NCBI GenBank assembly: GCA_031422195.1
Contig: JANOPZ010000031.1
Span: forward strand, 29,025 to 93,024
Length of the DNA: 64,000 nucleotides
DNA from: Limoniibacter sp.
GTDB lineage: Bacteria; Pseudomonadota; Alphaproteobacteria; Rhizobiales; Rhizobiaceae
Direction of reading: 5' to 3'
Numbering within the stretch: the stretch's first letter is position 1; every line of letters starts with the position of its first letter. The notes beneath the pieces are model-generated. The model saw only the letters and a list, made by a program, of their open reading frames with translations. It was not told the DNA's origin and did not search any database. Positions 63,698 to 64,000 of the stretch are shown here, in pieces. The position numbers and the translations under genes were made by a program.

Positions 63698-64000
63698 TCA
63701 AGCTGCGTTTTGCAGTAATTCTTTGGGCACAAGACGCTTGGCTTCACCGGCTACCATGGCTTTGAGCGCGTCTGCGCCCGGGCAATCGGGCACGGCGTCA
63801 ACCGCCGCTTTAACCTGCTGTTTTAACAGTTCCAAGGTTGCAGCAATGCCGTTTTGCGCAGCGGCATTGGGGCGTCCATGGGCAACATCCTGCCCGCAAG
63901 GTTTGCCCATTTCGCCACTGATTGCAGCATAATCATGAAGATCATCTGCCACTTGATAGGCAACGCCAAGCGCATCACCAAAGCCCATCCACCGCTGCGG
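63698..64000 (-). CDS. crtE: geranylgeranyl diphosphate synthase, C-terminal part (the N-terminus lies beyond the window end)
   Basis: The frame is open from 64000. It carries the second Asp-rich motif of polyprenyl synthases (GVAYQVADDLHD). Position is upstream of crtF. Confidence 0.8.
   Translation of the reverse strand, partial: PQRWMGFGDALGVAYQVADDLHDYAAISGEMGKPCGQDVAHGRPNAAAQNGIAATLELLKQQVKAAVDAVPDCPGADALKAMVAGEAKRLVPKELLQNAA

Overview
This window is an alphaproteobacterial chromosome segment of moderate GC (judged by eye, not computed), with two very different halves. Nt 1-31300 is ordinary housekeeping and transport DNA. It holds a partial homospermidine synthase, a DUF3445 protein, PepF, a sigma-54 response regulator, a DUF882/M15A peptidase, eda, trhO, a DUF533 protein and an aminotransferase. 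It also holds a GNAT-SDR-epimerase operon, a LysR-DUF1007-NicO metal-transport unit, the aglR plus aglEFGAK alpha-glucoside operon, and a divergent peptide-type ABC system with an M20 amidohydrolase. Nt 31400 to the window end is a photosynthesis gene cluster (PGC). On the minus strand it reads ppsR, then bchG-pucC-bchP-orf95. On the plus strand it reads bchFNBHLM-lhaA-puhABC-(bciE-like)-acsF-puhE-hemA, then crtA-idi. Converging on the minus strand is crtE(partial)-crtF-bchCXYZ-pufQBALM. pufB (50 aa) and the hss fragment are absent from the ORF track and were found by my own translation. I saw no rRNA, tRNA, CRISPR, transposase, phage or recognisable defence genes. I cannot honestly point to a clearly new multi-gene system. 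The observations most worth a second look are these:
- PufM carries a cytochrome-type C-terminal tail, yet no pufC or pufX follows it.
- A family of about 30-38 bp palindromic repeats forms two MITE-like composites. One sits exactly at the left PGC border, where it supplies the stop codon of orf95. The other sits between hemA and crtA.
- Two perfect PpsR boxes (TGT-N12-ACA) lie upstream of bchC, against only degenerate TGT-N12-ACG boxes at bchF and bchG.
- ppsR has no adjacent aerR/ppaA.
- A bciE-like small ORF is coupled to acsF.
- Conserved-looking puf mRNA hairpins flank pufBA.
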